DNA of 64,000 nt from Escherichia phage EscoHU1. Location of the stretch: sequence record NC_133119.1; one strand, given 5' to 3'. Of this stretch, positions 50,904 to 60,078 are shown in pieces. A program made the translations under genes and the position numbers. The notes beneath the pieces were generated by a model. That model ran no database searches. It saw only the letters and a program-made list of their open reading frames with translations, and was not told the origin of the DNA. Position 1 is the first letter of the stretch. The number at the start of each line of letters is the position of its first letter.

Positions 50904-52685
50904 TTAGGTTAGGCGTTGAACTGTTACACGTAGTCTTGGTAAGAAGATAGCAGCTGCTTCTGCAGCATGAATGATAACACCCAACTCAACATTACCATTA
51001 CCAAGGTTTTTTACTGTATAAATATACCCATTTCTACGAAAGGCCATCTCATCAGGCCTACTAGCCCACGTTTGGGTATAACTGTAGGAAGTTGTACTAT
51101 GATATGGTACTAGATATCCAGGAGGCAGGGTAAGAATCTGATGGAATACACCATCACCAGCTGTATAACTTTGTTGACGTCTACCTTGTACCTGCCAAGC
51201 ACTACCACCATAAGTACGTACAGGCATACCAGCAGTATTAAGATTACCCATAATAACTTCAGTAGTTAATATAACAGTAGAGTGAGCATTTGGTAATCCC
51301 AACCAAACTGTAGCCAAAGGTGTGTAGAAGTCACCAGCACCAGGGTAGGATGGAGTTATATCGTCCCCTACATAAGTACTTGCAACGTTGCCTGGGAATA
51401 ACCTGAGTGGTACAGTACTAGGACTCCACACAGGTCCATGTTCATTACCAATGGAGTTGGTATTAGTATCTACATACCATTGTTTACCTACACCAAATTT
51501 ATATAGGCTAATTTGAGAAGCTGCACCCCCATAGTTAACGGGTGACCACAACCCACCGTTACTAGAGCCAATAAATTCACATCGTGCAGTATTATCACCG
51601 AAAACTCCGGTATACGCGGCGTTATTACCAACATACTCCATATCAGGGCGATAGCCTAAGTTTCCGAAAGCATTCTGGTTAATAAATTTATAGCCTGTAT
51701 TTGGTAAACTAACACCTTTAATAGTAAAGTTAGATGGAGATATTAGGATATCTGAACCGGTAAATGGATTACCAGAAACCCCCATACTACCATTAGAATA
51801 GCGCAGATTTAGCACATACCAAATAACCTTAGTTGGAGTAACGTTATACCAGTCCTGTACATATACCTTTCTAGCAGACTGAGCAGCCATATTAGAAGTA
51901 GAACCTCTACAAACATATATTTTTTCTGGATATGCAGGAGATTGGTAAAGAACGTTTACGTTATCTGGTAGTACGCCTTTCTTACCTGCAAAGCCACGAA
52001 TATTGGAACTACAAACGTAAAACCAATCATGGCCTCTACCAGCAGAACCAACAGGCGCTTGCCAGTTAGGTTCCCAATAATCGGCGTTACCACCATCTAT
52101 AGGAACTGTAGATACGCCCGTTGGAAAGCCCATTAATCCCCAGGCTCTGGAAATAGCTTCCCCTGCAGAAACACCACCAGGTCTAAAGATCTGGAAACCG
52201 GAAGATTGTAGTAAAGTACCCCCAGTTCCTTGCCTAGCAATAGATTCCTCATGACCCAGGCTACCATTATAAATATAAGTACCGTGAGCTAAACTATCAC
52301 CGATTGCAAAAGCAGATGTTATAGCCAGTTCAGCACCAGCACGTGGTTGATCTTCGAAGAATGTTAAGAACTGGCCAACCTGAGATTGTGTACCATTCAG
52401 AAATCCACGATGAGTACCGTTAATCTCAATAGCAGTTAATATAACTCTACCAGGATCATTGGATTTAATGTTTATAATATCCCAAGGCATCTGAGTAACA
52501 AAATACCCATTGCCTGCATCACCTAGAGCGGCCTCGTAAGTCCCATCAACCAGGACGAAAGGCATATCTGAGTGAAAGATACTATTAGTATTTGGAGAGT
52601 AGTGTTCACCAGTATCACCACCATTAGCAGCGTTTAGAGATAATACAGTTTTACCATCACTAAATTTTCCTGCGAAAAAACTCAT
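50904..52685 (-). CDS. receptor-binding protein (T5 pb5-like)
   Basis: 593 aa; N-terminal MSFFAGKF...GGDT; Gly/Asn-rich; adjacent divergent lipoprotein gene as for T5 oad/llp. Confidence 0.7.
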   Translation of the reverse strand: MSFFAGKFSDGKTVLSLNAANGGDTGEHYSPNTNSIFHSDMPFVLVDGTYEAALGDAGNGYFVTQMPWDIINIKSNDPGRVILTAIEINGTHRGFLNGTQSQVGQFLTFFEDQPRAGAELAITSAFAIGDSLAHGTYIYNGSLGHEESIARQGTGGTLLQSSGFQIFRPGGVSAGEAISRAWGLMGFPTGVSTVPIDGGNADYWEPNWQAPVGSAGRGHDWFYVCSSNIRGFAGKKGVLPDNVNVLYQSPAYPEKIYVCRGSTSNMAAQSARKVYVQDWYNVTPTKVIWYVLNLRYSNGSMGVSGNPFTGSDILISPSNFTIKGVSLPNTGYKFINQNAFGNLGYRPDMEYVGNNAAYTGVFGDNTARCEFIGSSNGGLWSPVNYGGAASQISLYKFGVGKQWYVDTNTNSIGNEHGPVWSPSTVPLRLFPGNVASTYVGDDITPSYPGAGDFYTPLATVWLGLPNAHSTVILTTEVIMGNLNTAGMPVRTYGGSAWQVQGRRQQSYTAGDGVFHQILTLPPGYLVPYHSTTSYSYTQTWASRPDEMAFRRNGYIYTVKNLGNGNVELGVIIHAAEAAAIFLPRLRVTVQRLT

Positions 52686-52710
52686 ACAATCTCCTTCTTT
52701 AAAAATGTAT

Positions 52711-52739
52711 TTGCTTAGATCCCTCTATTTTGCTATAAT
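52711..52739 (+). promoter_or_regulatory. sigma70-type early promoter (TTGCTT-17-TATAAT) for lipoprotein gene
   Basis: -35 52711-52716, -10 52734-52739, leader TTTATAAATTAAACAGAGGAACG. Confidence 0.65.
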
Positions 52740-52768
52740 ATATTTATAAATTAAACAGAGGAACGATT

Positions 52769-53035
52769 ATGAAAAAGTTACTAGCTATCGTAGTTGCAGC
52801 AGTAGTGTTGACGGGTTGTGTACCAGCTCCCGAGACATTTTGTAAGGCATATGTGAAGTCTTATGGTCATGTTGGTGAAGAACACTATGCTTTAGATATT
52901 CGAGAAGCACGTACTGTGGGCTACCGATTCCCTAAAACTCAGTTACGCACTAAGTTTGGGTGGTGGGATTTGTCACAGTTTGATCTCAAATATGGCGATT
53001 GCAAATTTAAATTAGAACAATCTGGTCACTTGTAA
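52769..53035 (+). CDS. llp: lipoprotein (T5 Llp-like, receptor-blocking)
   Basis: 88 aa; signal peptide with lipobox LTGC; divergent from receptor-binding protein gene. Confidence 0.7.
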   Translation: MKKLLAIVVAAVVLTGCVPAPETFCKAYVKSYGHVGEEHYALDIREARTVGYRFPKTQLRTKFGWWDLSQFDLKYGDCKFKLEQSGHL

Positions 53036-53109
53036 TTAGTATAAAGTAAAAAGATCTCGAAGTAAACAAAAATTTTTATTTCTGGGATGAGGTACAGGTA
53101 GCAAACACA

Positions 53110-53424
53110 ATGCAAGATGAAGAAAAGTCCTTTCAGGAACCTGTTAACTTTGAAATAGATCCCAGGACTAAAGCAATACATGATGCAATTAACGAAATCA
53201 TTCAAGACGTCATAGAAGATACAATAGAAGACGTGATGGGAACATCCTTCTTAATAGAAGAATCCGGCTTCGATGAAGTAATGGATCTTATCGGGACAGT
53301 CATAATGGTTCGTGCAATTGCTAGGATATTCCAAATACCAGGACTACAGGAGAAGCAAAGAGATGTCAGACGACAACAGAAGAAAGAACAGACGCGGGGA
53401 AGTGTACGAAAGTTGGATAAATAG
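53110..53424 (+). CDS. hypothetical acidic protein
   Basis: 104 aa ORF; acidic N-terminal half. Confidence 0.4.
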   Translation: MQDEEKSFQEPVNFEIDPRTKAIHDAINEIIQDVIEDTIEDVMGTSFLIEESGFDEVMDLIGTVIMVRAIARIFQIPGLQEKQRDVRRQQKKEQTRGSVRKLDK

Positions 53425-53497
53425 TTTCGGATTCGGGACTGTGTTATTCTTTATCTTTGTACTCTTTTGGTTAGCAGCTATGGCGGGGTGGTTATAA
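53363..53497 (+). CDS. small membrane peptide
   Basis: 44 aa; AGGAG RBS 53349-53353; hydrophobic C-terminal helix; stop overlaps next ATG (TAATG). Confidence 0.35.
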   Translation: MSDDNRRKNRRGEVYESWINSFGFGTVLFFIFVLFWLAAMAGWL

Positions 53498-53601
53498 TGG
53501 AAGTATTAATTATTGCTTTACTAGTTGTGGTAATTATCGGACAGTGCATTCTAGATAACCACTTAGCTCGTATAGAACGTAAGCTGCGGGGAGACAAATA
53601 A
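53497..53601 (+). CDS. small membrane peptide
   Basis: 34 aa MEVLIIALLVVVIIGQ...; RBS GGGGTGG; TAATG overlaps at both ends; not in ORF track (<60 aa). Confidence 0.35.
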   Translation: MEVLIIALLVVVIIGQCILDNHLARIERKLRGDK

Positions 53602-53795
53602 TGGATTGGCTAGGACTTATTACACTTGTAGTATGGCTTATCTGGATTGTTGGATATATGACGTCACATCGTAATCGTATACAGCGGCTAGAGGATAAAG
53701 TCACCCAAATGAATATTAATATGGATAAGTTACTGGACTCCCAACGTAATGATCGGGCACGTATTCACCAACTTGAGAGGGAATTAGATGTTTAG
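53601..53795 (+). CDS. small membrane protein with charged C-terminal helix
   Basis: 64 aa; N-terminal helix LGLITLVVWLIWIVGY; RBS GCGGGGAG. Confidence 0.45.
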   Translation: MDWLGLITLVVWLIWIVGYMTSHRNRIQRLEDKVTQMNINMDKLLDSQRNDRARIHQLERELDV

Positions 53796-54033
53796 CTTTG
53801 TAGCTATCTTCATTATCGGGGTACTTGCGGGAATCTTCGGAACACTCGGGGCTATTAATAAGCATCGTGAATATGTTGCGGGAGTATCGCGGGAGCTTTC
53901 GGAAAGGGAGCGGAGGTTTGCGGAGAAACGGGAGGAGTTTGAGCGAGAGTGGTCGGATGGATCTCGGGCGTCGCGGAGGAGATTTCGTATGTCAGAATCG
54001 GGAGATAAGCCAGTAGACCGGTGTTCCTCCTAA
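53788..54033 (+). CDS. small membrane protein
   Basis: 81 aa; N-terminal helix FVAIFIIGVLAGIFGTLGAI; RBS GAGAGGGA. Confidence 0.45.
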   Translation: MFSFVAIFIIGVLAGIFGTLGAINKHREYVAGVSRELSERERRFAEKREEFEREWSDGSRASRRRFRMSESGDKPVDRCSS

Positions 54034-54147
54034 GTTAGCGCTAATTACCAATTCTCGAAATCTCATAAGATTACACATGAAGGCGTGCCCAGAGGTTCCC
54101 TAGATGAGAATGAGTCTCATTACCGCCCCGGTACTTAGCAAGCTAAT

Positions 54148-54191
54148 AGTCACACCATGTTATCATTACACAGTGTGACTATTTTATTTTT
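54148..54191 (+). terminator. terminator-like hairpin between convergent genes
   Basis: AGTCACAC ... GTGTGACT (8-bp stem, 17-nt loop) followed by ATTTTATTTTT. Confidence 0.45.
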
Positions 54192-54196
54192 AATTG

Positions 54197-54931
54197 TTAG
54201 GCAACTTTTAATTTATCAATGAATTGTTGCGGCGTGGTACTATATTCCGCGCGTTCTTCCTCGGTCATACCTTCCCAACACATTTTTAAACGTTCGGCTA
54301 GGAATTGATAATCGTTATCATCATCTAACGATTCATCAATAAAGGTTTCACCGATCAATGTTACCCCGATTGATAGGATATCGTTAACGGCTTGAGCGTC
54401 CAGCGTTTTAAATCCAGCATTTGCCGCCGCCGATAATACACCTTTATGATCATCAATCATTGTAAAATCAGCGTTCGGGTATAGCTGTTTAAACAGTTCA
54501 AAGTAATAAGATTTATATACAGCGTCTTTGCTGTGGTATATTTCGCTAACCTTATCCGCATCAAAGTATTTATGCAAAGTATCGCGGGAAAATACGCGAA
54601 TATTACTATTTCCGCGCCCTCTTAGACTTTGTTTACGCAAGAAATAATAATCAGATTTACCCATTAAGCGAGCGGTACAAATAAGGTTTAAGGTATTGGG
54701 ATCATTCATACATTGGCGCATATATTCAACCAATGGTAATAAGGAATCCTGCATAATTAATTCATGTTTGCAGGCTTCGCGGGAATACTTAACTAAATCT
54801 AAATTCCCGTTATCGTCAAAGCAAGGCGCTACACGATGGAAAGAATTTATAATCGTTCCGTCTAAATCCCAAATCATAACGCGGGAAATATGCGGGAAAG
54901 TGTGGGTAATATTCATGTTGACTTGATTCAT
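54197..54931 (-). CDS. dmp: HAD-family 5'-deoxyribonucleotidase (T5 Dmp-like)
   Basis: 244 aa; HAD motif I MIWDLDGTI; position next to A1-like gene. Confidence 0.7.
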   Translation of the reverse strand: MNQVNMNITHTFPHISRVMIWDLDGTIINSFHRVAPCFDDNGNLDLVKYSREACKHELIMQDSLLPLVEYMRQCMNDPNTLNLICTARLMGKSDYYFLRKQSLRGRGNSNIRVFSRDTLHKYFDADKVSEIYHSKDAVYKSYYFELFKQLYPNADFTMIDDHKGVLSAAANAGFKTLDAQAVNDILSIGVTLIGETFIDESLDDDNDYQFLAERLKMCWEGMTEEERAEYSTTPQQFIDKLKVA

Positions 54932-55018
54932 TTGTTACATTCTCCATTTAAGGGATTTAGGTTAATTCAATCTTGCCAGCTAATTATATTAGATTAGCTG
55001 GCAATGTTCAATTAACTA

Positions 55019-55411
55019 TTAGAACGCCAGACCAAAAGCGAGAGCATCGGCGATAAAGCTAAGATCTTCACCATGTACACTAGAGCGAATCCCCGCGCAA
55101 GTGTAAACCATCGCGCTAGCTTCGGGATTGCAAACCGGACACGGCTTAACAACCGCAAACGCTAGACCGGATTTAAGCGCATCAATAATAATTGTTTGCA
55201 CTGTCAAAGTATCAGCGTAAACGCCTTTTGCTTTTGTATGGCTTGCCACTTTGCCGGTATCATAAGCAAAGGTAGTAACCTGCAAAGCGTCGTTATAATT
55301 CAGCAAATCAAAATTAACTTGCCCCGCTTCGACGTGGTAACGTTCGCCATTAGAATAAACTAGAACGATGGAAGAAGTAGCACGATCAAAAGGAATGTTT
55401 TGGTTTTTCAT
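55019..55411 (-). CDS. hypothetical protein
   Basis: 130 aa ORF in pre-early-type leftward operon. Confidence 0.5.
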   Translation of the reverse strand: MKNQNIPFDRATSSIVLVYSNGERYHVEAGQVNFDLLNYNDALQVTTFAYDTGKVASHTKAKGVYADTLTVQTIIIDALKSGLAFAVVKPCPVCNPEASAMVYTCAGIRSSVHGEDLSFIADALAFGLAF

Positions 55412-55445
55412 GTTTATGACTCCAGATTATTTATATTTACGGGAT

Positions 55446-55724
55446 TTATTGAAAAAATACGTTTAAAGATAAATCAATTTTACGAAAGTATGTTTCGTCG
55501 CCGTCTTTCCTTTCTTGATTAAGGTAATCGCCTGTCATTACCTGAATAGAATCTTTTCCGAAAAAGATCATATTTTCGCCAATATTACTATCCCATACGG
55601 CATACATTCCCGCGTACATCCCACGGGTAACTAAATAAACGAAACTATCAAAAGACATTTCAGACCATGCAATATCTTCTAAACAATTGCTATCGGGGAT
55701 AGATATATTAATTTTACTAGCCAT
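55446..55724 (-). CDS. hypothetical protein
   Basis: 92 aa ORF. Confidence 0.5.
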   Translation of the reverse strand: MASKINISIPDSNCLEDIAWSEMSFDSFVYLVTRGMYAGMYAVWDSNIGENMIFFGKDSIQVMTGDYLNQERKDGDETYFRKIDLSLNVFFQ

Positions 55725-55776
55725 TTAATAAACCTTTTATTAATGGCGGTATATTTCAACCGCCGATTAAATTTAA

Positions 55777-57441
55777 TTATGCAAAGAATTTACCGTTTTT
55801 GAAATCAATCAAAGTACGTTGCCCGTTTGCATAGGTAATTAAATGCGTTTGCGTCCAGCTTGACGCGCCCACGTTGTAACCCATATCAAGCGACCCCGCC
55901 ACGCCAGCGGTATAAACGCCGCCGTAAATGCTAGCCGTATGAGTATGACCAGTGTTAAGGCGTCCAAGTTTCTTAAACTGCTTAGGATTGCCCCGACTGC
56001 CGTTAATGCCATTGTGACCATGTACGCCGCACTCAATGCCAGCGATTTTAAATGACTGGTCAGTAGTCAGGAAAATAGCGTTAAATTCGCAACCTGCAAC
56101 GTTTCTAAGCGCGTAATCTAGCACGTTAAAGGTATCATCCTTTTCAGCAATAGCGGCGTAAATCGCAGCGTTTAGACGGTGATACAATTCCGCGTTTGCG
56201 GGATCGTCTTTAATGTTAGCGTTACGATCATCAAGCCAGCGTGAAAGAGCTAAATCATGGTTAGATTCCACAATGATTGTTTGAGAGAAATCACGCTCCA
56301 TTGATTCTAATACGCGTCCAGTATCGATAAGATCATCAATAACTTTATCACGTCCTGCGGCGTACTGTTTAGCAAGGAATACACCACTAGCGCGGTTGTG
56401 ATGGTTGCGCGATGTAAAATCATGCACATCATGAATAAACTGATATTTAGGCTTGAGAATATCAAGCAAGCTGTTTTCACTAGCCCATGATGCAACGGCG
56501 CAATCATCATCTAATTTTTCGGCGTGAATATCGCCATATTGCAAGCCTAGAACATGATCGGACGTTTTATAACATCCGGTAGGAGTAGCGCAAACATTCA
56601 AATCATAGAACATTCCGCTTTCATCCATTGTTTCAAGCTGGCGAACGAAAAATTCTCCGTCGTCGTCGAACTCCACCAGCAAAGCGCCGAAATTATGCAG
56701 AGCCTCAGCTTTTTGACCTGCTTTCTGCTGAATGTAGTTTTTAAGCGTAGCCGTTCCGGTTGAATACATACGGCGCACTACTTCACCTTTTAACGCTGGC
56801 ACACTTTCAGCGGTGATTTTAGCGTGACCTATTGCCAGCCCTTCAATATTTAAAGCCGTGGCGGTTTCTGCGAATCCTGAAAGCGGATAATCTGCCGTTG
56901 GTAAAACGTTAATTTCAGCCATGAAAGCAAAGCGGCGGTTATTCAGGAAAACATTTTTATCGCAGATATATTTATCAAATGCGGGATCGTATTTGATTCC
57001 TTCTGCACCTTCCCCGTTCTGGAATCCATTTTTATTATAAATGAATTTACTAATCAGCAATTCAGCACCGATATATTCAGCAAATTTTTCCAGACTTGCT
57101 AAAAAGTTTTTATGCGGGAAAGTATTATTTTGAATCGACGTTAGAATAAAACGGCGACCGGATTTAACTTCCCATTGTTCAACGGTACTAGAAACAATTC
57201 CCGCCGCTTCGGGGCGATCATCATTTTTAATCGCCTTTTCAGCTTTTGCCGCTTTCGGTTTCGCTGGCTTGTTTGCTTCCAGCCAATCACAAATCGCGGT
57301 TGAATGTTTCGGCGTATCATAAACAGCTTTTGAAATATCGTCGCAAACTTCCAATTTAGTAGCGCGTAAACGCTTACCGTAGAAATTAAAATCAGCGGCC
57401 ATTTTCAAAATTTGAGCTTGTTTTTCTGCGGAAATATTCAT
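55777..57441 (-). CDS. A1: A1-like pre-early protein (metallophosphoesterase-type)
   Basis: 554 aa; calcineurin-like phosphoesterase motifs (GDIHAE, GNHD, GHTHTAS); size matches T5 A1. Confidence 0.8.
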   Translation of the reverse strand: MNISAEKQAQILKMAADFNFYGKRLRATKLEVCDDISKAVYDTPKHSTAICDWLEANKPAKPKAAKAEKAIKNDDRPEAAGIVSSTVEQWEVKSGRRFILTSIQNNTFPHKNFLASLEKFAEYIGAELLISKFIYNKNGFQNGEGAEGIKYDPAFDKYICDKNVFLNNRRFAFMAEINVLPTADYPLSGFAETATALNIEGLAIGHAKITAESVPALKGEVVRRMYSTGTATLKNYIQQKAGQKAEALHNFGALLVEFDDDGEFFVRQLETMDESGMFYDLNVCATPTGCYKTSDHVLGLQYGDIHAEKLDDDCAVASWASENSLLDILKPKYQFIHDVHDFTSRNHHNRASGVFLAKQYAAGRDKVIDDLIDTGRVLESMERDFSQTIIVESNHDLALSRWLDDRNANIKDDPANAELYHRLNAAIYAAIAEKDDTFNVLDYALRNVAGCEFNAIFLTTDQSFKIAGIECGVHGHNGINGSRGNPKQFKKLGRLNTGHTHTASIYGGVYTAGVAGSLDMGYNVGASSWTQTHLITYANGQRTLIDFKNGKFFA

Positions 57442-57549
57442 AACTAAATCAACTCCTATAAAGGGATAAATATTAATACTGGCAATATTGCCAAATATAA
57501 CGCCTTGCCTGAAGTGAGGACAATTTAAAAGGCGTTATAATTTGCAATA

Positions 57550-57795
57550 TTATTCTAGAATTGGCATAAGACTAGAACTAAACCCGCAACTAATAGCCAG
57601 CGTTAAAAATATAATCGCCAGATATTTTTGTTTATTAGCTTGACGTTTAAACATATCAGCGGCATAAGCTGAATTAATGCCGATAATAGAGATTATATAT
57701 TTGCCGTAATTAAATATAAATATAGCGGCAACTATAAATAAACCTAAAATAAACGCTTCACTAGGAAAGAAAATCATTTTAATAACTCCGGTCAA
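57550..57795 (-). CDS. small membrane protein
   Basis: 81 aa with two hydrophobic helices. Confidence 0.45.
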   Translation of the reverse strand: MTGVIKMIFFPSEAFILGLFIVAAIFIFNYGKYIISIIGINSAYAADMFKRQANKQKYLAIIFLTLAISCGFSSSLMPILE

Positions 57796-57806
57796 AGGGA
57801 AATTAT

Positions 57807-57826
57807 AGCGGGGAATATTCCCCGCT
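57807..57826 (-). terminator. intercistronic hairpin (possible attenuator)
   Basis: AGCGGGGA-ATAT-TCCCCGCT; same stem sequence recurs at 61089-61109. Confidence 0.4.
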
Positions 57827-57835
57827 AATTAAAAT

Positions 57836-58252
57836 TTATTCACCTGCGGCCTGTTTCACTTCCTCCGCTACGCCTAACAATTGCGCCACGGCTTCCAGCG
57901 TTTCCAGTTTTGCACTTTCCAGACTTGCCAGATCATCAGCGTCTTTAATAACGCCAGCATCAATGGCATGTTTAGCCATAACGCGCACATAGTGAGCTTT
58001 ACGGACACTAGACCCGCCGCCAACTTTACGCGGTTTATCGCTTTTCTGGTACGCTTTTGCGCTTGTCAGTTTAGAACGTACAGACACCGGACTAGCAGCG
58101 CCAACGGCGGCGGCAATTTCTTTTAAGCCGTCACTATTCGCAAACTCAATCCCGCTTTTAGCGACCATTTCAGAATACATAGAAACAGCCTTTTCGGTGT
58201 TTTCTTCGTTCCAAGAAAATTTTGCGGTTTTTTCGGTTTTAACGTTAGACAT
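57836..58252 (-). CDS. putative A2-like pre-early DNA-binding protein
   Basis: 138 aa; assigned by position upstream of A1-like gene and size only. Confidence 0.45.
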   Translation of the reverse strand: MSNVKTEKTAKFSWNEENTEKAVSMYSEMVAKSGIEFANSDGLKEIAAAVGAASPVSVRSKLTSAKAYQKSDKPRKVGGGSSVRKAHYVRVMAKHAIDAGVIKDADDLASLESAKLETLEAVAQLLGVAEEVKQAAGE

Positions 58253-58352
58253 AATTTAATACTCCATTCAATTATTAATTAAGGGATTATGATTAACTAA
58301 TGTTAATCCATATATTCCCCATATTTCAGGGGAATATAAAAGTAACACTAAT

Positions 58353-58604
58353 TTATGCTATGGCTTGCCATTTATCATCTTTCTGAATGACCTTTACAAC
58401 GTCGCCAGATTTAACACGGACGTTATAAATCGGCTTGCCGTTGTTGCTACGTTCCGTTTCCGCGTAAACCGCTTCGATTTTATCGAAAGGATCAAGCGCC
58501 GCACCTTTGATACGTTCGGCTTTTCCGGTTAATTCATCAGTTTTAGTTACAAAAGGAATGAAAACAGATTGACCTACTTTCGGCGCGGTAATAACGTTTT
58601 GCAT
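58353..58604 (-). CDS. hypothetical protein
   Basis: 83 aa; first gene of leftward operon. Confidence 0.45.
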   Translation of the reverse strand: MQNVITAPKVGQSVFIPFVTKTDELTGKAERIKGAALDPFDKIEAVYAETERSNNGKPIYNVRVKSGDVVKVIQKDDKWQAIA

Positions 58605-59377
58605 TTTTAATACTCCGGTTTATTGGGGATTATTCCACAATAGCGCCTCGATACTTTGAAACGCTATTAGATTATAATCCGCTAGGAGTTAGCCTAAACA
58701 TTACCGTTATCCAAATTTTTAAAGAGCAGTTACTACGGGGAACATCTTAAAACCTATCGGCTAGCGTGTCAAGCGTTTTTTAAACTTTTTTCGATTTGAT
58801 GTGAGTTATATAAATCAATCATTATATTACGCCACACCATTTCCAGCCCTTGTTGCTTGCCTTTCTTGTATTGCTTGAATCTGTATTTTACAGATCGTTG
58901 CGCTACTGTCAACAAATTTTTTGTTCTGCTATCCAGTGGGCTAGCAGGTTTCGCACTAATCACTAAAGCGTTTTTTGATTTGATCATTATCGTCGATTCC
59001 TTATATTATATAAGTTTACCGCCGATAGGCTTTAAGATATTCCCTAATTTTTAAAGAGCATGGCGGTAAACTTCCCCGCCGTTGTAGTCTGGCCTTTCGT
59101 TTCCGTCTTGCCGTCCTACGAGATAAATAATAGGTTATTCCCGAAAATGGCGCAAGCATATTTTTGTAAAGAAACGTAAAGAAAACCACTACTCGCAAAC
59201 GTCCAGCGGCGCACTAAATTTAATGAAACGGGCGCGCGAATAACACCAAAACAACCATTTTAGCAAGTAATTTTTTCATTTATATTTGCTTTGCCCTACT
59301 TGACAAAATCTAAAATCCTCGTGGTGAGGTTTTCTCGGTGTACCCCTTATGATTGCCTATCTTTTCCTTTGAGGCGC

Positions 59378-59404
59378 TTAGAATCGCTTACAGAGCGTTT
59401 TAGA
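59378..59404 (+). repeat. 27-bp direct repeat, copy 1 (TTAGAATCGCTTACAGAGCGTTTTAGA)
   Basis: 24/27 identical to 63154-63180. Confidence 0.7.
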
Positions 59405-59620
59405 CCCTGTTAATAACTTATACAAAAAGCAAAAATGAAATTTAATGAATTATCCACTTGATTTTTCAAAAAAGTATTTTCTGCTGTTATTTTTCATTGA
59501 CAAATAAGTTTAGGCGTGTATCAGACCCTTAGCAGACTAACAATCGCTAGGATGATAATCACGCTGGTGGATTGTAACAGCCGAAACAGTTAGCAGACTA
59601 TTAATACTCTAAAAACCTAT

Positions 59621-59650
59621 TAGCCAACTAACTATTTCATATTATATAAT
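59621..59650 (+). promoter_or_regulatory. candidate rightward promoter (TAGCCA-18-TATAAT)
   Basis: -10 TATAAT 59645-59650 with AT-rich downstream leader; weak -35. Confidence 0.35.
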
Positions 59651-59721
59651 ATACTTATAAATTAAAGAGAAATAATAACTATAAGAAACTATCGGCTAAG
59701 TGAGAACCACTATCATTTAGG

Positions 59722-59742
59722 TTATTCACAAAGTTATCCACA
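59722..59742 (+). promoter_or_regulatory. pair of DnaA boxes (TTATTCACA, TTATCCACA)
   Basis: 9-mers at 59722-59730 and 59734-59742 match TTATNCACA. Confidence 0.6.
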
Positions 59743-59782
59743 GCACAAAATAACTTGACGCAATAGGCGACGTTTTGGCGAC

Positions 59783-59829
59783 TTATCCACAGACTTATGT
59801 ACAGGTTATCCTACTGTATAAATATACAG
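59783..59829 (+). repeat. 47-bp inverted repeat, left copy (DnaA box + SOS-box-like palindrome)
   Basis: 41/47 identical to reverse complement of 63213-63259; begins with TTATCCACA 59783-59791. Confidence 0.7.
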
Positions 59830-59830
59830 G
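59811..59830. promoter_or_regulatory. LexA (SOS) box-like palindrome CTGTATAAATATACAG
   Basis: CTGT-N8-ACAG with AT-rich centre; matches E. coli LexA consensus TACTGTATATATATACAGTA at 17/20. Confidence 0.55.
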
Positions 59831-60017
59831 GTAGAATGGTAGCAGTAACAACCGCAATCAAATTTAAGCGGCCTAAAACGCGTTCTAAGCGGTTTTTCAG
59901 CATTACCCCTTATTATAATAAAGCCTTGTGTACGCTTACAGAGAGCTAGAAATAGAAAACGCGCGGTTAGCACAAAAATAGGCAGTAGGCAAGGAATAAA
60001 AAACCTTTTCTTTTTTC

Positions 60018-60047
60018 TTGCCCCTAGCGAACAAATATCTATATCAT
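60018..60047 (+). promoter_or_regulatory. candidate promoter for rightward operon (TTGCCC-18-TATCAT)
   Basis: -35 60018-60023, -10 60042-60047, ~30 nt before RBS GAGGGAG. Confidence 0.35.
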
Positions 60048-60078
60048 TCACTCACCGATTAACGAGGGAGACAAAGAA

